Shown here one piece after another: positions 1 through 11,078 of a stretch of 64,000 bases of DNA. Origin of the DNA: Chiloscyllium plagiosum (Eukaryota); the NCBI RefSeq assembly GCF_004010195.1, contig NC_057718.1:20040351-20104350 (forward strand), in the 5' to 3' direction. Each line of letters opens with the position of its first letter. Within the stretch, counting starts at the first letter, position 1. Made by a program: the position numbers and the translations under genes. The notes beneath the pieces are model-generated. The model searched no databases. It was not told where the DNA came from and saw only the letters and a list, made by a program, of their open reading frames with translations.

Positions 1-292
1 TGGCTGCCACAGCATTAGAAGACCCGACCTTAGATTTTGAAATACCCCTGCTAAAAATTAGCTTAACCCCAACCCTCTCCTACTTCAAACAGAACTATCC
101 GACAAAGCTTTGGTTCACTTGACCCAATGTGGCTTTTTTTTTTTTAAGATTACACCTGTGCAAACCACATGGGCATAATTTTTTGTGCTACATAAAATGC
201 AACTTGTTGCAATAATAAATTGTCCTGTGCTGGACCAACAATACAGCAACCGTTTTAAAGACTTAAGCTATAGAACAAAACAGACGTCATAC

Positions 293-424
293 CTTTGACG
301 TAGCTTGCTTTAGCTTTGCCTGTTCTACCAAAAGTTTATATGAAGATCCTTTGCTGCTCTGGATCTTCTCTTTTTCTATTTGCTCAACTAATGCCTTTTG
401 TTTTGCTTTTAACAAATTGAGTTG
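293..424 (-). CDS. BIRC6: BIRC6 coding exon (last in window, 132 bp; QLNLLKAKQKALVEQIEKEKIQSSKGSSYKLLVEQAKLKQATSK)
   Basis: Manually translated; ttgcag| and AAG|gtatg boundaries; gene continues beyond position 1. Confidence 0.95.
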
Positions 425-1135
425 CTGCAAAAAAGGTTAAGTCAAAAGTCAGTTTGATATGCACACACACCCCAAAACACACAAACTACACGATAAGTCC
501 TTAAAATCTCTGATCAGTTTTTATTTTAAAATATTAACGAGTCCTCAACTTTCTCCCGTCTCTTCCCCACCGAGGTTGCTCCTCTGACGTTTATTTTATC
601 CCATTAACACACACTAGAACTTGGTAAGTACTTACAGGTAATCTTCTCAAAGATTTCTGCAAATGCATCTCTTGATGCAGCCAAAAAGCATGCCTGTAAT
701 AACTATTCTGCTGACTGTCCCTCCCTGGGAATGAGTATCTGATTACCAGCCAGTGAAAATCAGGAACTCACATGGGCAGAGACAGGTGGAAAACCATATC
801 CAAACACTTGGCACAACACATCAGAGGTACCCATTTGAAATCAGTCTGATTACACTGTATCACACAGCCCAACTTGAAAATGACAAACCTTCTGAAATGA
901 ACATTTTCCTAAATCTCACTAACTGGCAGAAAAATATTCTTCTTTCTCCCAAATATAGCAATTTTAGAGTGACCCCATTAATCATCTATGTATGTTGCAA
1001 CTGGTGCGCTAGCAATTTTGATTATGAAAACCAAAAAAAACTATGATAGCTTTACCATTTGCCAAAGTACTAGATTACGAAGCAGAGTATAAAATTTAAA
1101 TAAAGTTCACATGCAGACAACAGATTAAATAATAC

Positions 1136-1263
1136 CTGCTTATGGTGTATGAGTTGCTTTCGAATTTTCCTTGAATATAATCGGTCAAGACTGCTGGTCC
1201 CTTTGGTAGTTTTGCCTGAACTCTGTGACTGAAGATTGTTATTGATGAAGCTCCACTGGTTTC
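1136..1263 (-). CDS. BIRC6: BIRC6 coding exon (128 bp; NQWSFINNNLQSQ...SLDRLYSRKIRKQLIHHKQ)
   Basis: Manually translated; ttctag| and CAG|gtatt boundaries. Confidence 0.95.
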
Positions 1264-1462
1264 CTAGAACAGATAGGGACCTCCAGAAGTTAAATACACT
1301 CTAAAGCAAACAATGTTTACCTCAGAATTCAAAACATTCCAGATTGGGCCAAATTGATTTCTTAACATTATCCCATCAGGTCTACTGGCACAGTGCATTT
1401 CTGTTTCTGCACTGCACCACAGAAGGACACAAAAAAAAACTGCTTTGTCCTATCAATAATTA

Positions 1463-2093
1463 CAGAAGAACCTTGATTATCCGAATACCAATTATCCGAA
1501 GGAGATCTCGAGGTCCCGATGGAAACATTACATCAAAGACGTCTTTTCTAACAGTGATCTCGCCTTTTGTTTACAGTGATTAAACAGGCATCGTCTCCAA
1601 ATGACTTACTGCCCGCCCTCTCTCCCCACAGTTTCCCTGGAGTTCTACACAGGGGAGTGCCCACACCCCTTCCCCACATAATCTCTCCAACATTATCCTG
1701 TACATGGCAAAAGTGGAACCAGTCAAAAAGGTGCAATAAAACATTGTGTGTGGGGCTGTGGCTGCGTGTGTGCGCTTTTTAGAGACTTACCCCACAAAGG
1801 AAACTGCAGCAGTCTTGTTGTTGGGTGTCCAGTCCAGCTGCCCCGGAGAGGGGGCGGGGGCAATGTTGGACGGGGTTTGGAGCGGGAGAAGGTTTTGCGT
1901 GGGGCTGGGAGCAGGAGAAGGTGCATGGGGTTTTTGGGGGGTGGGGTGGGGGCTCGCACACTGTGGTGCTGCTGCAGTCACCTGAACGGGGAACAGACTT
2001 TAAAAACTCCAAGCCCCAGAGGAAAGACATTTAATTAATTATCCGAACGAAATAGTGCCCGCTCATCACGTTTGGATAATCGAGGTTCCCCTG
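1463..2093. mobile_element. Non-autonomous Tc1/mariner (Tigger/pogo-type) MITE
   Basis: TA flanks at 1461-1462 and 2094-2095; imperfect ~23-bp TIRs CAGAAGAACCTTGATTATCCGAA / TTTGGATAATCGAGGTTCCCCTG; no transposase ORF. Confidence 0.8.
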
Positions 2094-2295
2094 TACTATG
2101 AGCTTTTTATTAGAGCTGCACAGAGGCAAACCAATCTGTAGTGTGCAAGAAAACGGACTATTCCCAACAGTGGCAAATGCAAGGCAAGTCATTTGGCTGT
2201 AAGTTTTCAGCAAAAAGGAGAATTCCTGAAATCAGGATAAATTGAGCAAACTGAATTGGAAATTAAATTTATTGCAACTTTGTAATGACATTTAC

Positions 2296-2433
2296 CTGAC
2301 AGCATCCTTTCTCTGTCTTTACCATTTAATGGCTTTTTGGCTGCAGCCACCTCATCTTCAACGCTTGCAACGTAGTCCAACAGCCGAGACACAAGCATTA
2401 CAACCCAACTGACCATTGGGATGTCCAGCACAC
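2296..2433 (-). CDS. BIRC6: BIRC6 coding exon (138 bp long form, 111 bp short form ending at 2323; VLDIPMVSWVVMLVSRLLDYV...KKPLNG[KDRERMLSG])
   Basis: ttgtag| acceptor; two in-frame G|gtaaa donors 27 nt apart. Confidence 0.93.
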
Positions 2434-2953
2434 CTACAAAATTAAAAACAAAATAAATGAGGTATAATTTTCCACTAGCACTAAACTGTCCTACACTTGA
2501 AAAGGCCTAAGAACCAAACATTTGCCAAATGTTCTAATCTGAAGAGTGTATGCAAGGTTTCAATACAAGATCTGACTAGAATCAGATTTTTAATCAAAAG
2601 GACTGTAAAATGTTATTTGCTTAACATATAACTGCACCAGGATTCATAACGTTTGCTGGGTCAAAATTCTGGAATTTCCTCTAAATACTATCAAGGCAAT
2701 GACCGAAGTGTTTTAAGGAGGCAGTTAACCAGTATGGTTTTTCTGAGGAACTTAAGGATGGACAACAACTGTGTAAGTGCACTGTAAGTACATTTTAAAA
2801 TCACTGCTTAACAAGGATTTTATGTAGATGATGAACCATTAAAAACTGATCTGAAAAAGAAATTTCATTGCAAGTTAATCCTGCTAAAGACAAAAATTAT
2901 ATTCAAAGACGAATTATTTCAAGGCACACATTAAAATTTTACTACATGCTTAC

Positions 2954-3087
2954 CGTCTGTACGTCTGTATGTTGCCATTTGTGGTTGCAGAGATGATAAT
3001 AAGTTATCCAGAAGGTTCAGCAGGCCTTCTAGGACCCCACTGTTACTCAGCGATCGCTGACCAAAGCAGGAAAGTAACATAAAAACC
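2954..3087 (-). CDS. BIRC6: BIRC6 coding exon (134 bp; VFMLLSCFGQRSLSNSGVLEGLLNLLDNLLSSLQPQMATYRRTD)
   Basis: Manually translated; ttttag| and ACG|gtaag boundaries. Confidence 0.95.
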
Positions 3088-3400
3088 CTAAAATAAAGAT
3101 ACAGTAATGAAAATAATAAATTATAAGCTCATGGAAATAACAAATATGAGTTAAATAATTTCTTGGCTTGGCCTATATCAAAAGCACTGTTTTGAAGGAG
3201 CAAAAATTATTTAAATAGCTAGGATTGTTACATAGTTCAAATTATTAGGGCTGAAGTAAAAGATGTTTTTTCTTAATTAATGTGCAATGCTTTGAAAAAA
3301 TTAAGTTTATGCAAGGTTTTATGTAATTGTGATTATTTCAATCAAATTTACATTTATGTGCTGTACACTACTCATGGTGAAATTTGAATTGTGTACCTAC

Positions 3401-3620
3401 CTGTCCTGTGGAAAGATGAGATGTTGTTCAGAATTATAAAGCTCTTGTAAGACATTAGACAGGAACTGTCCCCACCACCTCTCACCACCACAAAGCTGCA
3501 CGAGCAGCAGTCCAGCATGCAATCGGATTTTTGGAGTACCACTGATACATAAATGTTTAAATAGTTCTTCACAGGCCTGTGCGTGGAAAGTGTTTTGAAG
3601 AACTGCTGGCACAGCATGAC
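3401..3620 (-). CDS. BIRC6: BIRC6 coding exon (220 bp; HAVPAVLQNTFHAQACEELFKHLC...GGERWWGQFL...IFPQD)
   Basis: ttgcag| and AG|gtagg boundaries; in ORF 3397..3702. Confidence 0.96.
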
Positions 3621-3848
3621 CTGCAAATATTTTAAAAATGCATAAATGTACCATTAGCAAAAAGATAATAAGGACTGCCGCAACCAATTCCATACAACAC
3701 ATCTAAGTCTTATTTTCATCAATACAGGCATGATGTACAGAAACATTATCTGGACTTTTCTTTAAAGATTAATGTCGGGCAATGTGTAATAAATTACTTG
3801 AAATAACTCAAGAAATGTCAATTATTTGTTTCTATTGTCACATTCAAA

Positions 3849-4090
3849 AATCAGAGTTATACAGCATGGAAGCAGATCTTTTGTTCCAACTAGTCCACAC
3901 CTATCATAATTCTAAATTAAACTAGTTCCGGCTTGTGTTCGGCCCATATCCTTCCAAACCTTTCCTGGTCATATATTTATCCAATATCTTTTAAACGCTG
4001 TAACTATACCTGCACTCATCACTTCCTCTGGCAGTTCATTCCACATACTAACCACTCTAAAAATGATGCCCCTTTTATCTTTTTAAATCT
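3849..4090 (-). mobile_element. CR1 LINE 3'-end fragment
   Basis: Reverse complement of the 3' UTR seen at 17060-17280 and 51500-51740. Confidence 0.8.
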
Positions 4091-4094
4091 CTAA

Positions 4095-4255
4095 ATGAAT
4101 TTTTACAACAATGATGCTTTATGGTCACCAATACTGAGACTAGTTTTAAACTCCAGATTATCTTAAAATAATTTAAATTCCACATACTACTATGGTATAA
4201 TTTGAACTTTCATCTTCTTAACAGTAGGTTGTGCCTTGGAATACCAGTGACACTA
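4095..4255 (-). mobile_element. tRNA-derived SINE, 5' fragment
   Basis: Shares sequence with the minus-strand SINE copies at ~31500-31880 and ~39600-39740. Confidence 0.45.
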
Positions 4256-6236
4256 AAAATTATTTGGAAACATACATGTTCTGCGTGTTGCTGGAGACAA
4301 AGTTCTAAAATGGCTGAGATTGTAAAAAGAGGCTGCATACTCTATATACTCCATTTTAAAGCCACAAATATCAGGATAAACCCAAACACTAATATACATT
4401 GTTAGAAACAGGAGAGTAGAGGTCACACTGCTGGAGTTTTTTATAGGCCTCCGCAGAGTTCCAGTGAGGTGGAAGTGGATTGGCAAAATTTTTCTGGACA
4501 GGAATGAAAGGAACAGGATGGTCATTATGGGGGACTTCAACTTCCCCAACATTGATTGGAAATGCTATAACTCTAGTACGTCAGGTGGATCAGTTTTTGT
4601 CCAATGTGTACAGGAGTGTTTCCTGATACAGTATGTCGAAGAGGAGAGGCCACACTGGACCTGGTGCTTGGTAATGAACCAGGCTAGGTGTTTGATTTAG
4701 TTGTAAGTGAGCACTTTGGAGACAGTCACCATAATTCAGTTACTTTTAGTTTAGCGATGGAAAGGGATAGGTACATGCCACAGGTCTAGAGTTATCAATG
4801 GGGCAAGGGCAATTATAATGCGATTCGGCAAGAATTAGGATGCATAGAATGGGGTAGCAGAATGCAGGGGATGCAGACAATGGAAATGTGGAGCTGGTTT
4901 AAGGAACAGATATTGCGTGTCCTTGATAAGTATGTCCCTCTCAGGCAGGGAGGAAGTGAGAAGGTAAGGGAACCGTGGTTTACTACAGAAATTGCATCTC
5001 TTGTTAAAAAGGAGACGACTTATGTGTTGATGAGGCAAGATGGCTCAGATGAGGCGATGGAGTTACAGATCAGACAGGCAGGATTTGAAGAGAGAGTTAA
5101 GAAGAGCATAGAAAAGACACGAGCAGTCTTTAGCAAATAGAATAAAGGAGAACCCTAAAGCTTTCTATGGGTATGTGAGGAATAAGAGGATGACTAGGGT
5201 AGGAATAGGGCCAGTCAAAGACAGAAGTGGGAAGTTAAGTGTGGATCCTGTGGAGATCGGAGAGGTGCTAAACGAATATTTCTCATTGGTTTTCACTCAG
5301 GAAACTGAGAACATTGTAGAGGAGAAGAATAAGGTACGAGATATTAGACTAGAAAGGATCGAGGTTAGTTACGAACAAGTGTTATCAATTCTAGAAGGAG
5401 TGAAAGTAGACAAGTCCCCTGGACAGAATGGGATTTATCCGAGGATTCTCTGGGAAGCTAGGGAGGAGATAGCAGAGCCTTTGGCTTTGATATTTGAATC
5501 ATCATTGTCTACAGGTTTAATACCAGAGGACTGGAGGATTGCAAATGTTGTGTCCTTGATCAAGAAGGGCAGCAGAGATGACCCAGGCAATTATAGACCA
5601 GTGAGCCTTACTTCTGTTGTAGGAAGGGTTTTGGAAAGGATTATAAGAGATAAGATTTATCATCATCTTGCAAGCAACAATTTGATTTCAGATAGTCAAC
5701 ATAGTTTCGTCAAGGGCAGGTTGTGTCTCACAAACCTCAAAGTTTTTTGAGAAGGTGACCAAGCATATAGATGAGGGTAGGGCAATTGACGTGGTATACA
5801 TGGACTTCAGTAAAGCCTTTGATAAGGTTCCACATGGTAGGCTGTTGGAGAAAATGCAGAGGCATGGAATGGAGGGAGATTTAGCAGTTTGGATAGAAAC
5901 TGGCATTCTGAAAGGCGGCAACGAGTGGTGGTTGATGGAAAATATTCAGTCTGGAGTCTGGTTACTGGTGGTGTGCCACAAGGATGTGTTTTGTGACCAC
6001 TGCTGTTTGTCATTTTCATAAATGACTTAGACGCAGGCATAGGTGGATGGGTTAGTGTGGAGTAGTGGACAGTTTGGAAGGCTGTTACAGGTTGCAGGGG
6101 GACTTGGATAAATTGCAGAATTGGGCTGAGAGGTGGTAAATGGATAAAAACAATGACTGCAGTTGCTGGAAACCAGATTCCGGATTGGTGGTGCTGGAAG
6201 AGCACAGCAGTTCAGGCAGCATCCGAGGAGCAGTAA

Positions 6237-6273
6237 AATCGACATTTCGGGCAAAAGCCCTTCATCAGGAATA
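6237..6273 (-). ncRNA. Minimal hammerhead ribozyme motif, inverted copy (sense to the BIRC6 pre-mRNA)
   Basis: Minus strand reads CTGATGAAGGGCTTTTGCCCGAAATGTCGA. Confidence 0.55.
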
Positions 6274-6585
6274 CAGGCAGAGAGCCTGAAGGGTGGAGAT
6301 CTTCCGCCTCGGAACACTTCAACCCCAGGGCATCAATGTGGACTTCAATAGTTTCCTCATTTCCCCTTCCCCACCTCACCCCAGTTCCAAACTTCCAGCT
6401 CAGCACTGTCCCCATGACTTGTCCTACCTGCCTATCTTCTTTTCCACCTATCCACTCCATCATCCACCCCCCTCGACCTATCACCTTCATCCCCTTCCCC
6501 CACTCACCTATTGTACTCTATGCTACTTTGTCCCCACCCCCACCCTCCTCTCACTTATCTCTCCATCCTTCAGGCTCTCTGCCTG

Positions 6586-6622
6586 TATTCCTGATGAAGG
6601 GCTTTTGCCCGAAACGTCGATT
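6586..6622 (+). ncRNA. Minimal (Penelope-type) hammerhead ribozyme motif
   Basis: CTGATGA (6591-6597), A, stem II GGGC-TTTT-GCCC, GAAAC (6611-6615), then GTC; palindromic ACGT in place of stem III; activity not demonstrated. Confidence 0.65.
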
Positions 6623-7983
6623 TTACTGCTCCTCAGATGCTGCCTGAACTGCTGTGCTCTTTCAGCATCACTAATCCAGAAGGTGGTAAATGAAGTTCAA
6701 TGCAGCTAAATGTGAGGTGATGCACTTTGGGAAGAATAACAGGAAGGCAGAGTACTGGATCAATGGAAAGATTCTTGGTAGTGTGGATTTGCAGAGGGAC
6801 CTTGTGTCCACGTATACATAGATCCCTGAAAGTTGCCACCCAGGTGGATAGTGCTGTTAAGAATGCATACGGTGTGTTAGGTTTCATTCGTAGAGGGATT
6901 GAGTTCTGGAGCCACAATATCATGCTGCAACTATACAAAACGCTGGTGCGGCCACATTTGGAATATTGTGTAAAGTTCTAGTCACCATATTTCGGGAAGG
7001 ATGTGAAAGCATTGGAAAAGGTACAGACGAGATTTATCAGGATGTTGCCTTGCTGGAGGGAAGGTCTTATGAGGAAAGGCTGAGACACTTGGGTCTGTTC
7101 TCATTGGAAAGAAGGCAGCTAAGTGGGGATTTGATAGAGACATACAAGATGATCAGAGGATTAGATAGGGTAGACTGTGAAAGTCTTTTTCCTAGGATGA
7201 TGACGTCAGCTTGTACGAGGGGGCATAACTACAAATTGAGGGGTAATAGATTTAAGACAGATGTCAGAGGCAGGTTCTTTATGCAGACAGTGGTAAGGGT
7301 GTGAAATGTCCTACCTGCTAATGTAGTCAACTCAGCCATATTAGGGAAATTTAAATAATCCTTAGATAAGCACATGGATGATTTTGGGATAGAGTAGGGG
7401 AACGGGCCGAGAATAGTTCACAGGTCGGCGCAATGTCGAGGGCCAAATGGCCTGTTCTGCGCTGTATTGTTCTATGTTCTATTGTGCAGTGCCACCTTTC
7501 TGAAGCAGCAACAATTTACAAAAGGCTAATCTCACAAAGGCTACATACATCCACGTCTTCCTGCAAAACGCCTCAAGTGTGCCAACATTTCAAAGTTCAG
7601 AACTCATTACAAAGCAGCTTCAAGCATGCTCACAACGAAACTGAAGTAATACTTGCAGGTAAAAGTGGGATAGTGCAAAGCGTTTTCTCAGTGCAAGCGG
7701 TTTTAAGGGATGGTGACATTTGCTTTGCTGGAATACCTAAATAGGCAAACAATTTATGTTTGATGAGAATTAGATGATCAATGTCATCTATGATTTGTGT
7801 GTATTATAAATGTCCAAACCCCTCATTACTTCTGCCTTCCTAGTCTCCAAGTAGAGAATGGCACTTAACCCGCTGATGTAGTCATAGGAAACCATGGTTG
7901 TACTCTCCCCCAATAGTCATTTAGTTCAACGCAACATATTTTACATGAGCACTTCCAAAGGGATAAGAGAAAGAGACACCAAC

Positions 7984-8330
7984 CACTGGACGAATGTAAA
8001 AGGCTCAGCAATGTGTCTAGAAGGTATCGGATGATTGTGCGCAGTTGCTCTGTAGAAGAATTCTGGATTAATTCTATTGAGTCGTAGGTTTCTGGCAGAG
8101 TCTTCCTGCTGGATCCAAGAGCCACCCTAAGGCGTTGCACAGCATGATGGGCCAAGTTGAGCTGAAGTTGCAACTGAATGCAGTCCTGATATGCTGAAAA
8201 TACTTTACTATCCTCTTCGACTGCTTTGTCAGGCTTCCTTAGGAAGTACTGAGCATTGTTAGCACTGTTCAGTGGAGGAAGGTCAATATTCTGCAACAAA
8301 GTTTCCAGCCTGTGGCAAGCGAGGTTATAT
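7984..8330 (-). CDS. BIRC6: BIRC6 coding exon (347 bp; YNLACHRLETLLQ...RYLLDTLLSLLHSSS)
   Basis: taacag| and GTG|gttgg boundaries; in ORF 7865..8377; phase 2-1. Confidence 0.95.
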
Positions 8331-9438
8331 CTGTTAAAGCAAATTACAAATGATGAATCTACTGTACTTGCAGCCAACCAAAATTATGAGCATACTAGTT
8401 CTATAGTTCCCACTAATATATAATTTTATTTAATTTTTGTTGACTTTTTCCCTTCATTTGAGGGAAATCATTCCTTCCAGTCCACAAGAGGTTACTATTA
8501 CTGCTACGGAGACTGATTAACAAAAAAATAAATAAAATACACAGTAATAAACAGTAAAAACTACAATTAAATGTTTTAAAAAGCTGACTTTCTCCCCTCA
8601 TTCTTAGTCCTCAATGTAGGGATCCACAAAGGATAGCAACCCTCTAATACTTTGGCTAACTGACTACCCTTCAGGTGCAATCAAAAACGGCACACTATTG
8701 TAAATCGACCCTCAGTCAGCTACCCACTTATCTCCAAGCAGAAATCTCCGCACAGTCAAAGACAGAGATCGGCTTTTCATAGTCCAATTACTGAAGTATC
8801 TGTATCCTTGTCATCAGCGCACACAATGAACTTGATGTTTTATATGGCTTAAGCAAGGGAGTTTCAAACATTTGTTTGTAATTTAAAACTTTCACAACTT
8901 TGAATGCACATGACAAAATGTAACTGTTCAATGAATTCCTGTGTTGCATTTTTCCTTTCAGGAATTGCAAATCATCTTCTCAACTGTAATTCAGTTCAAG
9001 CTATGTTAATGATAACACTTTTCCTTCAATCAGGAAGTATTAACATATTAAAATAATTTTACTGTGTTTCATATGCTGTTTACAGTTTGCTCCTATCATA
9101 GTAAGGTTTGTTTGTTGCAGTTAGGATCAAGAGGAGATACATCATAGCCTGTAAACTAGTGAATGGGGAAGCAATGAGGTTTTCTGCTCCAGACCAATTG
9201 CTCCAGCAATTGATAGTCAAATCTACTTATCAAAAAAACTTAGCGAACTCGATTGCGTTATTCCATATCCCATAATTAAACAGCCAAAAGCCGTACTTTA
9301 AGAATGCTCCTTCAATGGAAAATTATAGAGTCACCAGCAAGAAGAGATGTATGCCTCAGCACAAATCATTATTTGCAAGGGATAGGTAAGGAAACAAAAG
9401 GCCCAGTCTTTATTTCCTATTAAAATAAATAGACTAAC

Positions 9439-9647
9439 CTGCACTGTATATCTTCTTGAAGAGCTACCATCATTGTTAATTGCTGTTCCATTTCTGGCTG
9501 ACTTGCAGAATCACTTTCACCTTTTAGAGGGTCATGAATTAGTTTGATTTCACTTTCCCATGGTAATATGTAGGTGTGCCCATAATACAGACCAAGCGGT
9601 ATTTTAGCTCTTGCATTTGTACTTCCATAACGCCCAATCACCGTAAT
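9439..9647 (-). CDS. BIRC6: BIRC6 coding exon (209 bp; ITVIGRYGSTNARAKIPLG...MMVALQEDIQC)
   Basis: ttgcag| and AG|gttag boundaries; in ORF 9420..9653. Confidence 0.97.
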
Positions 9648-9709
9648 CTGCAAAGCAAATGGGAAGACTTGGTTTAAAAAAAAAGTAATAAAGGATTTAA
9701 AAAAAGCAA

Positions 9710-9890
9710 AATACTTTGGATGTTGGAAGGCTGAAATAGTAGTGAAGTCTTGGAGAAACTCAGGAGATCTGACAGCATCTTTGGAGAGAGACAGTTAACA
9801 TTAGGTCTGATATGACTCTTCAGAATTGATTTCTCAATGTTAATTATTGGTCTCTCAACAGACATGCTAAGTGTCTCCAACACTTTCTTT
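9710..9890. mobile_element. Degenerate Penelope-derived fold-back repeat
   Basis: ggagaaactcag...cagcatct...gagagacagttaac...tcttcag arm followed by a degraded inverted arm; related to 18581-18710 and 10681-10810. Confidence 0.5.
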
Positions 9891-10169
9891 TTATTATAAA
9901 TAAAAAATAAATACTTTATTCACTCAGAATGTATGTGACAGGAAATATTCAAAACTGCACACAATTGCATTTTCATCAAATTATCTCAAATTGAAAATTC
10001 TCATTGTTTCTGGTCCTGTAACACTCATGATATCCTGGGCACTGATCCCAAGTTAAATGAGATTTTTCTCATTTGAACATTGGTGCCCCATTTTACTCTA
10101 AGTACAGCTTCTGACCCTATATAATCTCCTTCTCAAAAACTGTCTCCATTCATCTCTACAAACTATCCC

Positions 10170-10680
10170 CTTTCAACCCATTTGCCACTGAAATCCTTAT
10201 CTATGTCTCTGTAACCTCCAGATTCAACCACTACAATGCTCTCATTACTGGTTACTACCCTTTATAAACTTCAACTTGCCAAACTCTCCTTGCCCATATC
10301 AAGTTTTACCCAGCCATCACTTGCGTCTGTGAAACAATATTTCTATCTGCTTTTGTAAGTTAAATTTAAAATTCTCGTAAGTGTTCAAAAGTTCTTTCAC
10401 GGCCTTATCCCACTGCATTTCCAAAACTTTCATCAGTCTTTCCCAGGAATTCTGATCACTTACTTTGAGAAATTGCTTTGCTCCTCCGAGGTCTTCAGCA
10501 TTCTAAGCTCTGAAATTTTCTTTCTTAAATTGCTGCATCTATTTTTCCTTCATTAAACTCATCTCTTCTACATGGTTTTTAATTACTGTAACATTTCCTT
10601 TTCAGCTTGTCAGAGCACATTTTTGGGAGGCATGTCGAGATATTTATTTCATTTGAAAAGGCACCACATAAGGTTATATT
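10170..10680 (+). mobile_element. Decayed L2-type LINE 3' fragment
   Basis: gaaatccttatctatgtctctgtaacctccagattcaaccactacaatgctctc reads EILIYVSVTSRFNHYNAL, resembling the L2 ORF2 motif LIHAFVTSRLDYCNAL. Confidence 0.55.
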
Positions 10681-10810
10681 GTTCTGAAGGGTCACCGGAC
10701 CCAAAACATTAAATGTGCTTTCTCCCCACAAATGTTACCAGACTTGCTGACATTTTCCAGCAATTTCTGTTTTTGTTTCAGCTTTCCAGCATCCATAGTT
10801 CTTTGGATTT
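10681..10810 (+). mobile_element. Penelope-derived pLTR fragment with degenerate hammerhead
   Basis: ctgaagGGTC-accg-GACCcaaaac followed by the same tail as 18662-18710. Confidence 0.55.
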
Positions 10811-10863
10811 GTTTTTGTAAAGTGTATATTGTTGTTATTAATGTATTTTAACAGGCTACATAC

Positions 10864-11078
10864 CTTCATGAACCTGCAAACAGGTGGAGGCAGTAAATCA
10901 TGAAGAATCAGTGAGTGTGTACTAATATCTGTAGCCACTACCAAACGTCTTCCATCCACTTCTTCTCCCAGAGTCCAAATGTCGATTGATAAAGATGCCA
11001 AGTCACCACAGGTTGGAATCAATATATCAGTCAACAGTATTGGTCTCCCAAAGTCCAGTGTCACAAACCGTCGTGCCC
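10864..11078 (-). CDS. BIRC6: BIRC6 coding exon (215 bp; ARRFVTLDFGRPILLTD...HDLLPPPVCRFMK)
   Basis: atttag| and AAG|gtatg boundaries; in ORF 10735..11115. Confidence 0.97.

Larger units (their letters stand above)
6143..6680 (+). mobile_element. Penelope-like element fragment (GIY-YIG C-terminus + pLTR) with an inverted pLTR copy at its 5' end
   Basis: 12-bp TSD AGGTGGTAAATG at 6131-6142 and 6681-6692; ~120-bp inverted arms 6179-6299 / 6560-6680; peptide IFRLGTLQPQGINVDF typical of the Penelope endonuclease C-terminus. Confidence 0.85.
4401..7482 (+). mobile_element. 5'-truncated, decayed CR1 LINE (APE endonuclease end + RT + 3' UTR), interrupted by a Penelope-derived insert
   Basis: Peptides IMGDFNFPNIDW, KSPG-x-x-GIYPRIL, PGNYRPVSLTSVVG, YMDFSKAFDKVPH, LVRPHLEY, RGHNYKL; frameshifts and stops; (ttcta[t/g])n-like tail at ~7465-7482. 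Confidence 0.92.

Noticed and set aside
1548..2038. Many overlapping ORFs or a possible CpG-island promoter
   Set aside because: GC-rich interior of a TIR-bounded MITE; stop-poor by composition, with no recognisable protein
6163..6709. Overlapping Pro-rich ORFs on both strands sharing ...FCPK..FYCSSDAA ends
   Set aside because: By-product of the inverted repeat arms and a C-rich tract of the Penelope insert; only IFRLGTLQPQGINVDF is a meaningful coding remnant
4464..7304. Cluster of plus-strand ORFs with RT/endonuclease motifs as a novel RT system
   Set aside because: Collinear, frameshifted pieces of an ordinary CR1 ORF2; the same applies to 14828-17199, 19782-21051 and 48349-51712
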